A DNA stretch of 64,000 bases from Ruditapes philippinarum (GCF_026571515.1 NW_026856730.1:248001-312000); one strand, 5' to 3'; counted from the first letter of the stretch, positions 26,421 through 39,805 are shown. Notes: generated by a model not told the origin, from the letters alone. Translations and numbers: made by a program.

Positions 26421-27177
26421 CACACTCTTCTGTTAAAAAAAACTAAAACTAAAAAAAAACTGAAAAAAGACTACTAGGTAAAACATCGGCACACTACTCC
26501 AATACACAAACAGCACACTAACTCCATTGCACGAAAAAGTCAGACTACTTTTTTTTATACAAAAACAGTAGAATAAAGTCTCCAGGCTTAAAAAACCTTT
26601 CCTATATAGATGTTAAAAATCGGGTAGAAAAACAACTTCTTTTTTTGCCGTTCCAGATTTGTGTAACGGCAAAAAAGAACATCCGTAATTATAACAGACG
26701 GCTGCAATATTATAAATATTTACTGTACTAGAGCCTACACTTAAAACTGGGATTCCATTTTATATAATCAGGCTTGCAATATGGTCTAAATTTCAGACAA
26801 ATTTGTAGTTGCTGACAACCAGTATTACAAGAGACTGCAGGTTTTTTCCCCAAGCTTGTTTTAGTGCTTAGAAGTTGCATTTAGCAAGTAATTTAATGGA
26901 ATGCAGGTATGTCGAGAATTCATTGTACAGAGAATGGCAGAAATTTGCTTCGGGAAGACATGAGATTTAAAATTTAGTGTGTTTTTTTTTTGTTTGTTTT
27001 TTCGTTTTCTGGAACAAGTTCGTAAAAAGGTGTTTTTTTTCTAAACATTCATAAACATTCAGAGACCTGTTAAAGTCTTTGAGTTGGTTATGGTAGTCCA
27101 AGCTAGGTAGTCCAAGCTTACAGCAAGTCGGACATTATGTGAGCTGTGTTACTTGATTGTAAACTATTTTCAATGAA

Positions 27178-28215
27178 TTTTTAGCTCGACTTTTCTATGA
27201 AAAGGGGAGCTATCCTACTCGCCCCGGCGTCGGGCGTTGGCGTCACACCTTGGTTAAGTTTTTCGTACCACCCCACTTTATTTCAGAAGTATTACAAGTA
27301 TGGCTTTGAAACTTACCATACTTGTTCACCATCATAACCTCCATCTACAGACAAGAGTACATAACTCTGTCAAGGTTTTTGACAGAATTATGGCCCTTTT
27401 TTGACTTAGAAAGTGTATTGAGCTTGGTTAAGTTTTTTGTACCACCTCACTTTATTTCAAAACCATTGGAGGTATTGCTTTGAAACTGACCATACTTGTT
27501 TACCATCACGACCTTCATCAACAGACAAGAGGACATAACTCTGTCAAGGTTTTTGACAGAATTATGCCCCTTTTTGACTTAGAAAATACATTTAGCATGA
27601 CATTAAATAATGAATTGAACTTCCTTCATGTAATTCAAATATCAGTTTACAACGCATTATCTACATAGTGGACCCACGAAAAGTAACCAGTCACCCACAG
27701 CCTGTGTGAAAGAGATCCACTTGTGACCAACTGACAACATCTAAAAAAGCTTGATAAAATTTATCTATTACTTGTATTATAAGGTAACTATAATACTTTC
27801 ACATACAAAGTCAAATCTATATATTATGCTGATTGTACAAAAATATACTGCTTCCTTGGCATAGATTTCTTGAAAAATTATGTTATTATGTCATTTACCA
27901 AGGTGTTCTGAGTGACGTAAAAATACCTTATTCTCTCAAAGTGGGTTTAATACTATTAAATTTATTTAAGGCTCAACTCAGTTTTTTTTTCTTTCTTACC
28001 AGCCCTCTTTTGACTTAAACATTTCAAACTTTGCTGCAGTGTTCAAGGGTATCACACAATTCAGTAAAATAATTCTTCACTAAATATCTTAATGCTCATG
28101 GCCATTGTTCACTTTAAAAATACAGAGATTCTTGTATTGCCTTTTACTGCAAAAACTTTTTTTATTGGCAAGCAATAAAAAAGTCGAGCGCGCTGTCTTA
28201 CGGACAGCTCTTGTT
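27178..28215 (+). mobile_element. HINE-like family A copy 3 with internal segment replaced by unrelated DNA
   Basis: 27178-27592 and 27980-28215 match copy 1 almost exactly; 27593-27979 does not. Confidence 0.9.
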
Positions 28216-28228
28216 TATGTTTTCCTAT

Positions 28229-28280
28229 AACTTAATTGTTCTTTCATTCCTTTAACTTACTTGTTCTTTCATTCCTTTTA
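28229..28280. repeat. Short tandem repeat, ~25-bp unit ACTTAATTGTTCTTTCATTCCTTTA, ~2.7 copies
   Basis: Direct inspection. Confidence 0.8.
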
Positions 28281-31204
28281 CTTAATTGTTCTTTCATTTA
28301 GGACTCCTACCTTCCTTTGCACCAAAATGTAGCACTTCAGTACTTTGCAATTAACTTTACTGCAGGCAAGCTCACCTCAATGATACATTTGTAGTGTCAT
28401 TACATACTTTGTGAACTGTTTTACTCTTTGTTATGACCTGATCTGTCTATAATACTGCTTGTCATAGAATAGTCCAACTAATTGTACTGAGATATTGTGC
28501 TATCTTGTGTCTTGGCAATATCAAGCATCAGTATACTAGTCAAAGAAGGGCCTTGAAGTCTTTCTACAAAATTTGGAAGATGAAAAGGTCATAACTCTTT
28601 CAAATGCAAACTTTAATGATGAAATAGGTGACACAAATCACTTCTTGTGTATGAGCATTTTACTAGATGATATTGTTGGTCATGTTAGAGATGGTATGAC
28701 CGATACTTTGGTTTTCTGTTTATTTTTATAACTTATGGATGTCCTACTAGGGAATAACTATGAGAAATAAGAGGAAAAAATGCACAATATTTTCTTTACC
28801 AAGAAATAACAAAATGTTTGTCCAATTATCACTGATTATTTTCACATCAGATAACCAACTGTTCATCACCACTGCTTTTCATATGCTAACCTTCCATTGA
28901 ACCATGCAGAGTAATAACATTCGGATAAACACATTTCGACCATAATACATTTTCTAATAAAACAGTTGTTTTTCACCATCCACAGAGGGTGTCCAGCTGT
29001 GTATGATATGAGAGTATATAAATAACAAAAAAGAAGCAATATTTCTTGCGGACTAAATTGTTGAAGAAATAAGCCAGAGTCTAATTTGTAATTGCGTTGC
29101 ATGATGTTGATGCCGAATTTCATTTATTGTTTTTGTATAAATTAAGTATTTCAGTTTTATACTTGATGTTGACTGAAATGATTATGCTTCTACAGAAGTT
29201 AGGAACAGTGTGCTTTTTTTAAAGAATACTCCTTTGGAACTTTAATTTTATATTAAGTTAAATTCTTATATCAGAATACAGCATCGCTAGAAAGTCAGGA
29301 GGAAATGTAAGTTCTTTTTTTCTGTCTAATGTTGTTTAAAATAATTTCATAAATTTCATATAGTCTTTACTTTTTAGTATGATATTTTGACAATTTATGT
29401 AAGCAAAATTTAGTCTTAAAGTTAGTGCAATTGAACAAATTATGACTTAATGGTAAAATGTCTTGTTTGCCAAATTTTACTGTCACATTTGTAACAGTGA
29501 AGTTAAGGACTCTGATCCAGAATTATAATTCATCATAATTACAATCAAGAGGCACAAATTATTATCTCAATATTATATAGAAAAATATCATATATGTGAG
29601 TTGAAATGTAATTATATGTGAGTTGAAATGTAATTTATTAGTTTTAAACCTTGAATCAAGGTGTCAATCATGTGGTTGCTTAATTCCCTATACAACATAC
29701 ATACCACTGCCATCCATTAATATAATAATCAAACCAAGCAAAATACTGTTGCAGTTGCTGTGTTTGGCAATCAATCTTTATAAGGTTTCCTATATGACTT
29801 ATTTTATAAATAAGTTTGCCATTGGTAATACAACTTAAATTTGTACACATCCATGTTTTCAGGTCTATGTTGACTTGCTTTTAGTTGTTTGTAAGATTTG
29901 GTGTTTTTACTTTAGGACTAAGGTTAAAGGGATACTGAAATCCCTTTAACCATTAGACAGGTGTCGGCATTAGTTGATTCCTGTGGTTCTGAGTCAACAA
30001 ATTCAAAGATCTGCAGAGGGCAAGGTTATAACAAAAATTTTAAGCTACAATTATTGGGCAAGGCCATTGCATGAATATGGGCAAGTGCTGGGCCCTTATA
30101 GGCATTCCATAGTAACTCCAGGAATTTTTTTGGGGGGGAAGGGGGAAATACATTCATTGAATGACTTTACCTTCCTTGTTGATCTTTGTTCTTATATGTT
30201 ATTACATGAAATATCATAAAAAGGAAGATGAAAATACTGTCAAATTGATTTCAAAAGTCTTTATTTTATGTTTTCCTCCTTTTTTGTTTACAAAAATGCA
30301 ATTTAAGTATAATGTTTTACACTTGACAAATTTATGCTATGAAATTATGATCAAATTTCATTCTCAATTTTTAATTTTTTTCTTTTCAGATTTTTTTTGT
30401 CATAACTTATATCATGTTAGTGTCATACAGAAGATTGTATGTGGGAAAATGTCAGGCATTTAATGTAATGAGGCAGAATGACATTACAGAATTGTCAAAA
30501 GCTTTTGTATTGACATGCCAACAAAAGGCAGATTAGTTTTGATGATCCCGATTATCTCATTGGCAGTGTCGATAAAAAAATGGCTTGATAAAAAGTTCAA
30601 GTTGACTGACAGTAATATGGCAAGAACGGCTTAGTGTGTAATACATGCCAAGAATGAGAAATAGGCGGAAAAGACAAAATGTTTATGTAATGATGACACT
30701 GTTGAAATTGTTATCATTTTAATTTGTAATGTTTTGGGGGCGTTTTCTGTGTTTCTTATATTATGAAGTTTAAGAATAATAGAAATATCAAACACTGTAT
30801 AATTATTAGCAAGCAGTATGTATTTAATTTGCTCTTGCCAAGCTTGTTAGGACTATACCCTGGTTAGGGTATGTATTTGATATACTCAAAAAGAGTATTA
30901 TAAAATTTCCAGAATTGAAAGAGTGCCATTTTATAATACAAAATGACTTGTTGTGTTCCATCTTACAATTTTAAGACACAGTCTACTCAAGTCATACAGT
31001 CTTATATTGTGGAAGAGATACTAATCACTAGACCAGCATTGTCTAAATGATTCTGGGAACAACTATGCATGTAATAGTATTGTCATTTACGAGAATCTAG
31101 TTGTCTGCAAATATATCCAATTTCTGGTGTACAATTTGTCTGATTGCCAGACTGATTTGGCCTTCTTTTTGCATCACCGACATAAACCATTAAGATTCCG
31201 GCAC

Positions 31205-31220
31205 CAGATGACGTCACTTG
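31205..31220. promoter_or_regulatory. Candidate composite motif: E-box / CRE / E-box
   Basis: CAGATGACGTCACTTG: TGACGTCA at 31209-31216 overlapped by CAGATG and CACTTG, in a locally CpG-richer unique segment. Confidence 0.3.
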
Positions 31221-32264
31221 TGGTCTCGATTGTCTACTTTGTATGTTTACATCGCACATATTTCTGCAGCATTAGTGTCATTTGTGTCCATGTACCAGGA
31301 AAAAAATTGCAACAGACCTCCTGGGTCGATTGGATATAGTTTTTCATGCTGCAGTGTTAACAAAATTATTAATAAATATGTCCGGAATTTCAGAATTTGT
31401 GGTTCAGTTCTTTGATAGGTCACTTTTGTTGGAATGTGCATGATTATGCCATTGTTTAACTCTGTAATGATGATGGTATGATCGTAATAAATTTTGTAGA
31501 AACAGTTGCGTCTGCAAAATCTTTTGTAGGGTTACTATAATTATAAAGAAAAAGAGTTACAATCTTGGAAGGAACAGATTTATTATTTGGAGGGAATGAT
31601 TAGGGCTTAGCCTAAAAGTGCTACGTTAACATACAACTTGTTTGAAGCTCTTGAAGCGTTTTTTTTTTCATACTTGTAAAATAGAATACTGAAATGTTGT
31701 TTATGTTATCCATAAGCTGAAGGAAAAGAAAGAAAGAAAAAGAAAGGTGTGAAAAATACAAGGTTTAAGGTGTCTAGAAGCATAGATTGACAGAGAAAAT
31801 GTGTTTCACCATGAATGCTCTTGTTTCTGATAAAACAGTGTTTACCCCCCCATAAAACAAGTACTGTTGGTATGGTTTGTTTAGATCTCTGTAGATACAG
31901 CATGTTTGACACAAATCTGTGGAAACGATTTTAAGAACAAATTCTCAGAGATTTCAGAAAAGCCAATTTGTTTTACAAACTTAAAAAAAAAAAAATTTTT
32001 TTTTTCCCTTTCAAAGTTTTGAAGGTGCATAGTGATTGAGGGTTAACCGCAATACAGTTGTAAACCCTTCTTTAATTCATATATTTAGTTAATACTTCAA
32101 TTTTGCAGTCAATCCTAAAATTATGCCTATTAAATAATTATAATTGTCGCTTTGTCCTTCCATATTATTGCTAACTACAATTTATACTGGGGAGAATAAA
32201 AAACACTAAGAAGAGTCTACTCCCTAATAAAAATGTGTGTCTAAAAGATAATGTTTTTACATTG

Positions 32265-32713
32265 TTTTTATTTGTTTGGGTCGTCAGACCAAACAAATAA
32301 TGGTAGCGAAATTTCAGACTCTAATGCTGTTAATTGCAATTGCCGAAAGTAGTCCGCTTTTTTGAAGCGGTTACTTCCCTTTTAGTACACTAACACGGAA
32401 AAATTCAGGGGAGATCAACAGTTAGCGTCGTTACAAACCCTAATTTAGAATAATATGGTTTTCTTCAGGCCGTTAACATATAAATTCACCGTGGCAGAGG
32501 GGTTTGCGCGCTCGCTTCAAATTGTTTAAGTCAAATAAACATTGGAGTGAATATCAGTGTTGCAATTAGTCTTATAGCCAATTTACTACAATTAAAATGC
32601 TGGAAAGCATTGGTGGCACTATACAAAAACAAATTGGTTTATAATCTCACAACCTTCACCTTTCTGACATTCTGAGACCCAAACAAATTCAGCGCCTTCT
32701 GTGCTTCGATTGT
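32265..32713 (+). mobile_element. HINE-like element family C (no internal tandem array)
   Basis: 5' stem-loop TTATTTGTTTGG...CCAAACAAATAA; 13-bp subTIR pair ATTTGTTTGGGTC (32270-32282) / GACCCAAACAAAT (32676-32688); 3' mini-hairpin AGCGC-CTTCT-GTGCT, then TTGT. Confidence 0.7.
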
Positions 32714-33191
32714 AGCTTTTTGTTTTTGCAAAAAAAGTAACTGGTTCTAGGTTATTCTGTTTATCAATTCTTATCAGATTTGGAACAAGATCTAGCTATA
32801 TGACAAGTACATAACTACTGTGTGCAAGACCACCCCTAGGGATAGAAATATGAAAGAAAACATATTTGTAAATGTAAGCAGAAATTTTTAAGTTGGTCAA
32901 AGATAAATTTTTTCTTGCTCTGAGATATCTCAATTGGAAATTAAAGACAGTTTCTATGAATCTGAGATGTGACTGATAATTCTTTTTGACAAGAAAAGTT
33001 GTCAGTCAAAAGAAGGGGCAGAAATATGCAAAATTATTTTAAAAAGTTTAACAAATAATTGTTAAAAAGGCATACCAAATAATTGAAAAAAGGCATAACT
33101 TTATCAAAAGCCATGGCACTGAGGTATGTTACAAATCTTTTTTAATAGAATATATGGAGTTGACACTTAAAATTGGCTGCTTGTATTTATT

Positions 33192-33422
33192 TAATACCCT
33201 TAATATGCTAAATATCTTAAATGGACTTGTCCATCTTTCAATCTGGACAAAACCATTTATCATTTTAAGGGGAGATTTTCGAATATGTAAAGACTGAGTA
33301 ACAAAGATGTACATTGACCAGTGCTGACCATGATCAAACGGCATATCTGTGCTGCTGTTGATCTTGACTTTCGTTGGTTGCATGGGATGATTCAGTGATC
33401 CGGTGGTCTGATGGTTGTTAAC
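33192..33422 (+). mobile_element. Old MITE-like repeat, GATGGACAAGTCCATTT family
   Basis: AAATGGACTTGTCCATCTTTCAATCTGGACAAAAC is the reverse complement of the ends of copies at 39175-39345 and 60112-60330. Confidence 0.65.
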
Positions 33423-33857
33423 CGGCTACTTGTAGTTTTTATTAACCATGGAAAAGCGGCAAAGTATGAGGAAATTCATAAGAATAAAATGAATGGATGC
33501 TTCTCACCTGTAGAATAAGAGCAAACAGACAGGCTTATATATTTCAAGTGTTACATGAAATTGTAAGTGGAAGTTGTCCTCTTTTGAAACAAAGTTTATC
33601 ATAAATGTTATTGTTGAGTTAATTTTTCAGTATAAATGAAGGTTTGAAAAGTGAATAGAGATGGCTTTTTGATTTGATAAACGGCCTCAGCAGTCAGGCT
33701 CAGCTGTCATTATTAGATCACTGACTTTGAATGACTTTCCTCAGCTCTCACTTCATGGGTTAAACTGGTGCAACAGACTTATATAAGTAATTACATGTAC
33801 ATAGTAAAATTTAGGACCCCTGTCTTATAAGGGATCAGTCCTATAGTTGAGTAAATA

Positions 33858-34745
33858 CACTTCAGCCTCATTAAAACGCTCATGTTGGGGTCCAATGTCT
33901 CAACACAGCGTTCTAACGAGGCTCTCATTAGAACGCTCATTGCGAAATTACCGCATTACCCCACCCACTGCATATATATTTAACGCTGATTTTTTTACTT
34001 ACTGTTCAATGAATATCGACATTATCTTTTTCTAAAACCATTCAATGATGTAAACATATATTATATTCACAAATAATACTAATTATATTTAAAAGAAAGG
34101 AAAAACTTTCGAAAGAAAATAATAAATCATGAATGTAGGTAGCCATTACTGTAATGACGTTTTATTAACTAGGGGACACAACTAAAGCTGGACTGTAAAT
34201 GACACTGTAATTTACAGTCCAGCATTTTAGTTGTGTCCCCTAGTAAATCAAACGCCAATTACCACCTGTCATGGCCGCTCTATTTACAGTGCAGGATTTT
34301 AAAATTGATTTTGGGCTTGTGGGTTATTTAATTCAGCGAGGTTTACATGTCAAAGATATGTGTGTGAATTTTAGTTTTATTTATACTCACCACCGAATGC
34401 CAATGTAACAGTTATGATATGAATTTGAGATTTTGGAAACAATTTGATGCATGACTGATGGACAGGTAAAAACAACAAAAGAGCGGATAAACGCTTACCT
34501 GGGCATGTTTTTTCACACTTTGGCGATCATAAATGTCCTAATAACAATTGTTTATTGTACTTGGTATCAAATTGAGGCAAGCGTTATAGGCGGTATAAAT
34601 CTAATTTCTACTTAAAAAAAAAAATTTTTTTTTTTTTTTTGGGAGTTTTTTTTTTTTTTTTTTTTTTTTTGGGAAGTCCAAGGTCTATGAGCGCTCTACT
34701 GAGATTAGCGTTATAAGTGAAGGGCGAGTTATCGAGGCTACAGTG
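33858..34745. mobile_element. Non-autonomous TIR element (Tc1/pogo-like MITE) with central hairpin
   Basis: Imperfect TIRs CACTTCAGCCTCATTAAAACGC / GCGAGTTATCGAGGCTACAGTG, sub-terminal AACGCT/AGCGTT repeats, TA on the left flank only. Confidence 0.6.
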
Positions 34746-35687
34746 TCATTATCTAGCTAACATATGGACCTAGGTCAAATGTCTGCAACCCTTATGCCAA
34801 CTCCTGACAATAATAAAAATGTTTGGTGCTGGCCTGCATGAGTTTGAATTCATCTTCCAGTTAAGCTGGAAAATCAGTAGAGGACTTTTATAGTATTGCT
34901 GTGACCATAATTACAACTGACCTGGTTTGTCTGCATATACAACCTATTGTCAAATTTACTTTTTGGAAAAAATAGATTGAATAATACAACAGTTAAATTA
35001 AAATGATACCTCACATTTCTTATAAAGTAAATTTCGAATGATTATAGATAAAATATTCATTACAATTTGTTTTTATTGAATTTTAAAATTTATGCTAATT
35101 TACGCAATAAAACATGCTCTAAAAGTCTATACCAAATGATTTTGTCCTGTATCTAAAAAAGGTAATATAAGTTGAGAATTTCTTCGATGTTGATGTTTTC
35201 TTTCGTCTATAAAGCCTTGGTTTAAATTACTGCATACAAAATTAAATCAAGTCGCTTATATATTACATATAATGATGCGGGTAAATTCAATATTTACCTC
35301 ATTATAATGCTGAACTTATTAGAAACCCATCAATTTCGTTTCATAAAGGATTTTTTTTCTCCTTCATAATTTAAAAGTTGATTTAGGTGCCACATGGCAG
35401 TAGGTGTTGGTATTGTACCCACTGTATTCAATCTTTGATTTAAAGGTAAACTTTACCTATTTTTGGCAAGATAAAATGATTTATTGGTTTTATTTACTTT
35501 AAGGGCTTTTGTTAGAATTTATATTGAATTTTCTTTTTTTTTGCAGTGCTTATATAACTAGTATATGCCTGTGGAAAACTGATTTTAAACAGGTTTTCCA
35601 ATATAAAAAAGTCAGGTTATTAAATTTGTGAATGTTTACGGGTTGACAGTCCAAGCGGAATGTTTCTTCTTGGGTCATTAGGGAATC

Positions 35688-35790
35688 AAGGGCTGTAACT
35701 CTAATTTTAATGTTTAGAAATTGTACAACCTGAATATGCCAAGGACTTGAATTATCTGCCATTGATGTCTATAGGACTTAAAAGTCTTAT
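35688..35790 (+). repeat. ~100-bp local direct repeat; second copy at ~37475-37563
   Basis: CAAGGGCTGTAACTCTAATT...AATATGCCAAGGACTTGAATTAT...TATAGGACTT in both. Confidence 0.8.
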
Positions 35791-36139
35791 TTATTTCTTT
35801 TCCAATACTTTCGAAAATGTTATATATTTGTTTTACTGCAAACAAAAATTAAAGGTATGCTGACGGCATTTGGAAGGAAATAAATGCATTATATTCTCAA
35901 AGACCTAAATAGATTGAACTTGTGTTTCCGCATTATAACAACAATATATAAAAGAGAGTGATGCCAAAATTTGCAGAACTTCTATAGTGTGTAAGTAGGC
36001 CATAAATTTCACAACCCATTCTTCATGGTAGTCTTCATTATCCAGTTGGTATAATACTGATTTATGTTTATTGTAATACTTACACTATAGATTCAAGATG
36101 ATAATTTGTCCAGGAAGAATGCAGATTAATATAGTTTAT

Positions 36140-36280
36140 TATTATATGAATTTATTTTAGTTTGAATGTGTTGGAAGCTATAAGCTTATGAAACACGCTT
36201 GGATCCATTCCTGGAGCAAACCAGTACTTATAAACAATAAGTGTAAAGTTTCTTAGTTTAAAGGAAACAATGGCATGCCC
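36140..36280 (-). mobile_element. SINE body and tail (5'-truncated)
   Basis: Reverse complement aligns to 10943-11050 (AAGAAACTTTACACT..AGTACTGG..AGGAATGGAT..CCAACACA). Confidence 0.7.
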
Positions 36281-36614
36281 AAGGTAATTAAGGGTTTGAA
36301 GAATTTAAATTGTTTGAACATTTTAGATTGGTCAATATTGAATACATATACAGACCTTTAGCTGGTTCAAAGATATGATTTGATTAACTTGGACATTTTG
36401 CTCACTGTTTAATGTCACAAGGTATGTAAAATCAAATAAAAACAAGTTTTGAAATTGCAGGTACAAAATTAATGTATAATATTAATGTATAATTATGATA
36501 CCGGGAAATTGTAATAATTTAACAACTTGCTAATTTGAAAAAAATCTTCATAAATCAGCTATTGTGAAAACTTTTCAATTTTGAAAGTTCTAATGTCCTG
36601 ATTTCACAATGTGA

Positions 36615-37054
36615 TTTTATGCCCTCACAAAGTGGGGAGCATATAGCGTTGCACTTGTCCATACATCCATCCGTCCGTACGTCCCAAAATCTTGTGAATC
36701 AGATGGCAGATTTTGCTTAAACTTCCAGGGTTGAACAACCTAAATGTGTAGATGGTAGTAAAGGAAGTAATTTTCGCTGCGACCAAATTTAACAGAATTA
36801 TGGCCCTTTGTTCATTTTTTCACTATATACTATGATATAAATTTTTGTGAACGCAACTCCTCTTAAACCGAATGGCAGATTTTGCTTAAACTTCCAGGGA
36901 TGAACAACCTTAATGTGTAGATGGAAGTAAAGGGAGGAATTTTTGCTACGACCAAATTTAACAGAATTATGGTCCTTTGTTGATTTTTTCACTATATACC
37001 ATATATATGTAATGTCAGTGGGGGCATCCGTGTCCTTTGGACACAGTTCTAGTT
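36615..37054 (+). mobile_element. HINE-like element family D
   Basis: 5' stem-loop ATGCCCTCAC-AAA-GTGGGGAGCAT, (CCGT/CCAT)n microsatellite, two ~169-bp tandem units (36703, 36872), 3' subTIR GTGGGGGCAT, hairpin GTGTCC-TTT-GGACAC, end TTCTAGTT. Confidence 0.85.
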
Positions 37055-37359
37055 TTCTGGGGGGTTTTCCTGACATATCTGATATAAAAATGTGAATTGT
37101 ACTTCATTTAATTTAATTGAAATTGTTATTCAAAGTATAAGCTGCAGGGAAGAATCAGATGTTAGAAAGCTATCTAATAATAATAACAACAAAATCTTGA
37201 GATATTGCTTTAATATAATGTAAATTGAATCTTTGAAAGCTATATAGTAGCCATGCATTTAGATCAAGTCATGGTCCAGAAAAAAATGTTTGTTAAAATT
37301 TTGTTTTTGTTTTCTTTAAAGCTAATTTATCTTATCTTGGATCATATCTTGGCAAGGGA

Positions 37360-37650
37360 TCTATCTTACCTGCTTTTCTGGATAACTAACCAGTAAAATT
37401 ACCAATTTCTCTACAAGTGACAGACTTAACTAAGCTCACATGATTTGTGGATCAGAGGTGAGAGACAAATGACCAAGGGCTGTAACTCTAATTAAAAAGT
37501 ACAGTCTTAATATGCCAAGGACTTGAATTATTTGCCCTTGAAGTTTATAGGACTTTAAATGTCCGAGATTAATTGGTGGAAGGAAATTTTGCCTTGCCAA
37601 GCGACCCCTGGACAACAAATCCAATGCATTCCTCCGATATAGAGATAAGC
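37360..37650 (-). mobile_element. Degenerate SINE remnant containing the ~90-bp local repeat
   Basis: GATAACTAACCAGTAAAATTACCAATTTCTCTACAAGT is the reverse complement of the 6787-6823 segment. Confidence 0.45.
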
Positions 37651-39174
37651 ATCAGAATATAGTATCTTGTGCATTGGTTTTTTAAACACACCGTTTAGTT
37701 GTAGTGCTGTCAAAAGCTTGGTATTTGAGGTCATTCATTCCCCATCAATACCCAGCCCCTCCCCCTTTCCCTCCCCTCAAACAATGAAGTTATAATGAAC
37801 AATTGGACCTTATATAGTACTGTCATTGGAAGTTCTAATCTTTTATTTCTAATCTTTTGTTTATCATATTATACAAATTACAAACTAATATAAAAGCATA
37901 CTCAGCTTCAAAGTTCTTGCCTTGTTTAATAAGCATAATATTAGTTTATGGGCTCTAAAATTAGTTTAGGAATTTCTAGGAATTTTGGCTGCGAGCTGCT
38001 ACATCTTGTAGGAGACAAATTGGTTTAATGTCATTGAACTCTTACCTAGGAAGTAAACTCTTTCCACCTGAAGGGCATTCTCTTATGAAAAAAATTAATT
38101 ATCATTCTTTCTTAGTCAAAGAAACAATAAATAGGTTAAAATGGTGAATATTATAACTGGTTATCATTACAATTAGTGTTAACAGGTACTCTGGTATTTT
38201 CTTACTTTTATCTGCCAGATTATCATGTGGTATCTATAGTTAAAGATGAGATTAATTAATGTAAGTGCTTTAACTCAATAAAATAACTGTTCATAACACA
38301 GAGGTTCATATCCTGTAGAGGGAAAATAATAATGGAAAAAAAAAAAAAGGAATGCAATTTTAAACAGGCAATACGAATGTTTGTTTTAGATATAAGTGAT
38401 TTGTTTGGATAAGACTATTGTTTGTGGCCTGAAAATTCCAGGATTGAGGAGCATAAAAATGCCACCACCTCTAAAAGGTGTTTGTGAAGAAAGATTTGTG
38501 CTTGCTGGAAAATATTCTCAGATTCTCACTTGTTGCAACATTGATTTGTGAAGTGTTTTGCAGTAATTCTGTTGGAACTTGGAATTTTAAAATAATTTGC
38601 AGGAATTTTTTTTTTTTAACTGTCTGAAATTCATGTGCAAATTAAGTTTTAAAAGTTTTGACTCTGAATAAAATTTTTGTGCATAATAAGGTTTTTTTTT
38701 TGCTGTTTATGAGGTCTATTCTGATTTTCTTTAGAACAAAAATCACGAGCCAAAAATGAACTTGTACTATAAGTACTGTTATGTTGTTAAATGCCATCTT
38801 GAATTGCAGGTATTAACCTTTAATGTTGAATAGAAAATATCAGGAATTATTATAGATTAGGGTTAAGAGAAATTTGCCGAGTTGGTGGATTTATTCTGAA
38901 GAAGAAAAAAAAATATGAGTGATGGAGTTATATTCTGTGAATTTAATGTATGTGTTTAAAAGGTGCATGAAACACGAATTTAACCTTTGAAAGTTTAAGC
39001 AGTCATGAAAAGTAAGAATTCAAAATTAATGACTTTTTTAACAAAAAAATCTTATGATTTTGGATCTGTCAGTCTTTTTGTGGTACGGCAGATTTGAGAA
39101 TGAAGGAATTTAATTTAGTATCACCAGTTTTAAAAATAATATTTATGAATGATATAAATAATATTAAATACTTA

Positions 39175-39345
39175 TAGGCAGCTCAGGTCCAGTGCAGACC
39201 AAGATAAGTCGGCACGATGCATTCTGATCATCGTCTGCACTTCTCAATATTCAGTCATTTTAAAATTTCCCCTAAAGTTTTTGAATAGTTTTGTCTAGAT
39301 TGAAAGATGGACAAGTCTAATGTAAGACATTTAGCCAGTTAAGAG
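39175..39345 (-). mobile_element. Old MITE-like repeat, GATGGACAAGTCCATTT family
   Basis: CAGTGCAGACCAAGATAAG...TCTGATCATCGTCTGCAC...GATTGAAAGATGGACAAGTC. Confidence 0.65.
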
Positions 39346-39635
39346 TCAGGTGTCATAGATCTACTGTCACAGCTGCTGCAGACCCAACCAATTAATTCAC
39401 ATACAGCAAATACAAATGTATATATCAGTACTAATTTAATTTCTAGTGTCTGTCTTTGAAAGACAATAACTACAGTGTTTATTTAATTATTATTATCATA
39501 TGTAATACTAAATGTTAAATTTTGTGCCAGAAGTTATTTGTCAGTTAAGACGTGAGAGGACAATGAAAAATGAGGCGGAATTTAAATTTTGTTCTTATTA
39601 ATAGTACTGTAATGTCTTAAAGATACAAATTTCCT

Positions 39636-39805
39636 CCAGATATGCCAAAACTATTTCAAGAAAATCAAACTTGAGAAAAATGTACCAAATTTTTAAGAAA
39701 AAAGTAAAATGATTCAAGATTCAAGTAATAATTTACATGTTATAGTGATTATATAATGACTGATATTCCATTATTTATCACCATATTTCTACTGCCTGAC
39801 TAAAG
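39636..39805 (+). repeat. Ancient dispersed duplication; paralogous segments at ~43044-43165 and ~55430-55550, continuing at 40770-40803 vs 55697-55733
   Basis: Shared blocks TATTTCAAG(A/G)AAATCAA, AAGATTCAAGTAAT.ATTTACATGTTAT, TATTTATCACCATATTTCTACT, TTAGCAT.AATCTGGAGG. Confidence 0.7.

Noticed and set aside
29275-29306. 32-nt micro-exon candidate (ATCAG|AATACA...GAAAT|GTAAGT)
   Set aside because: Too short and the acceptor too weak to support without transcript data
33495-33535. Minus-strand AG|GT site (TTATTCTACAG|GTGAGA)
   Set aside because: Short AG-free zone and opposite to the strand of the exon candidates; shows such motifs occur by chance
34614-34675. Adjacent long A and T runs forming a hairpin
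   Set aside because: Low-complexity homopolymers inside a MITE, possibly inflated by sequencing error
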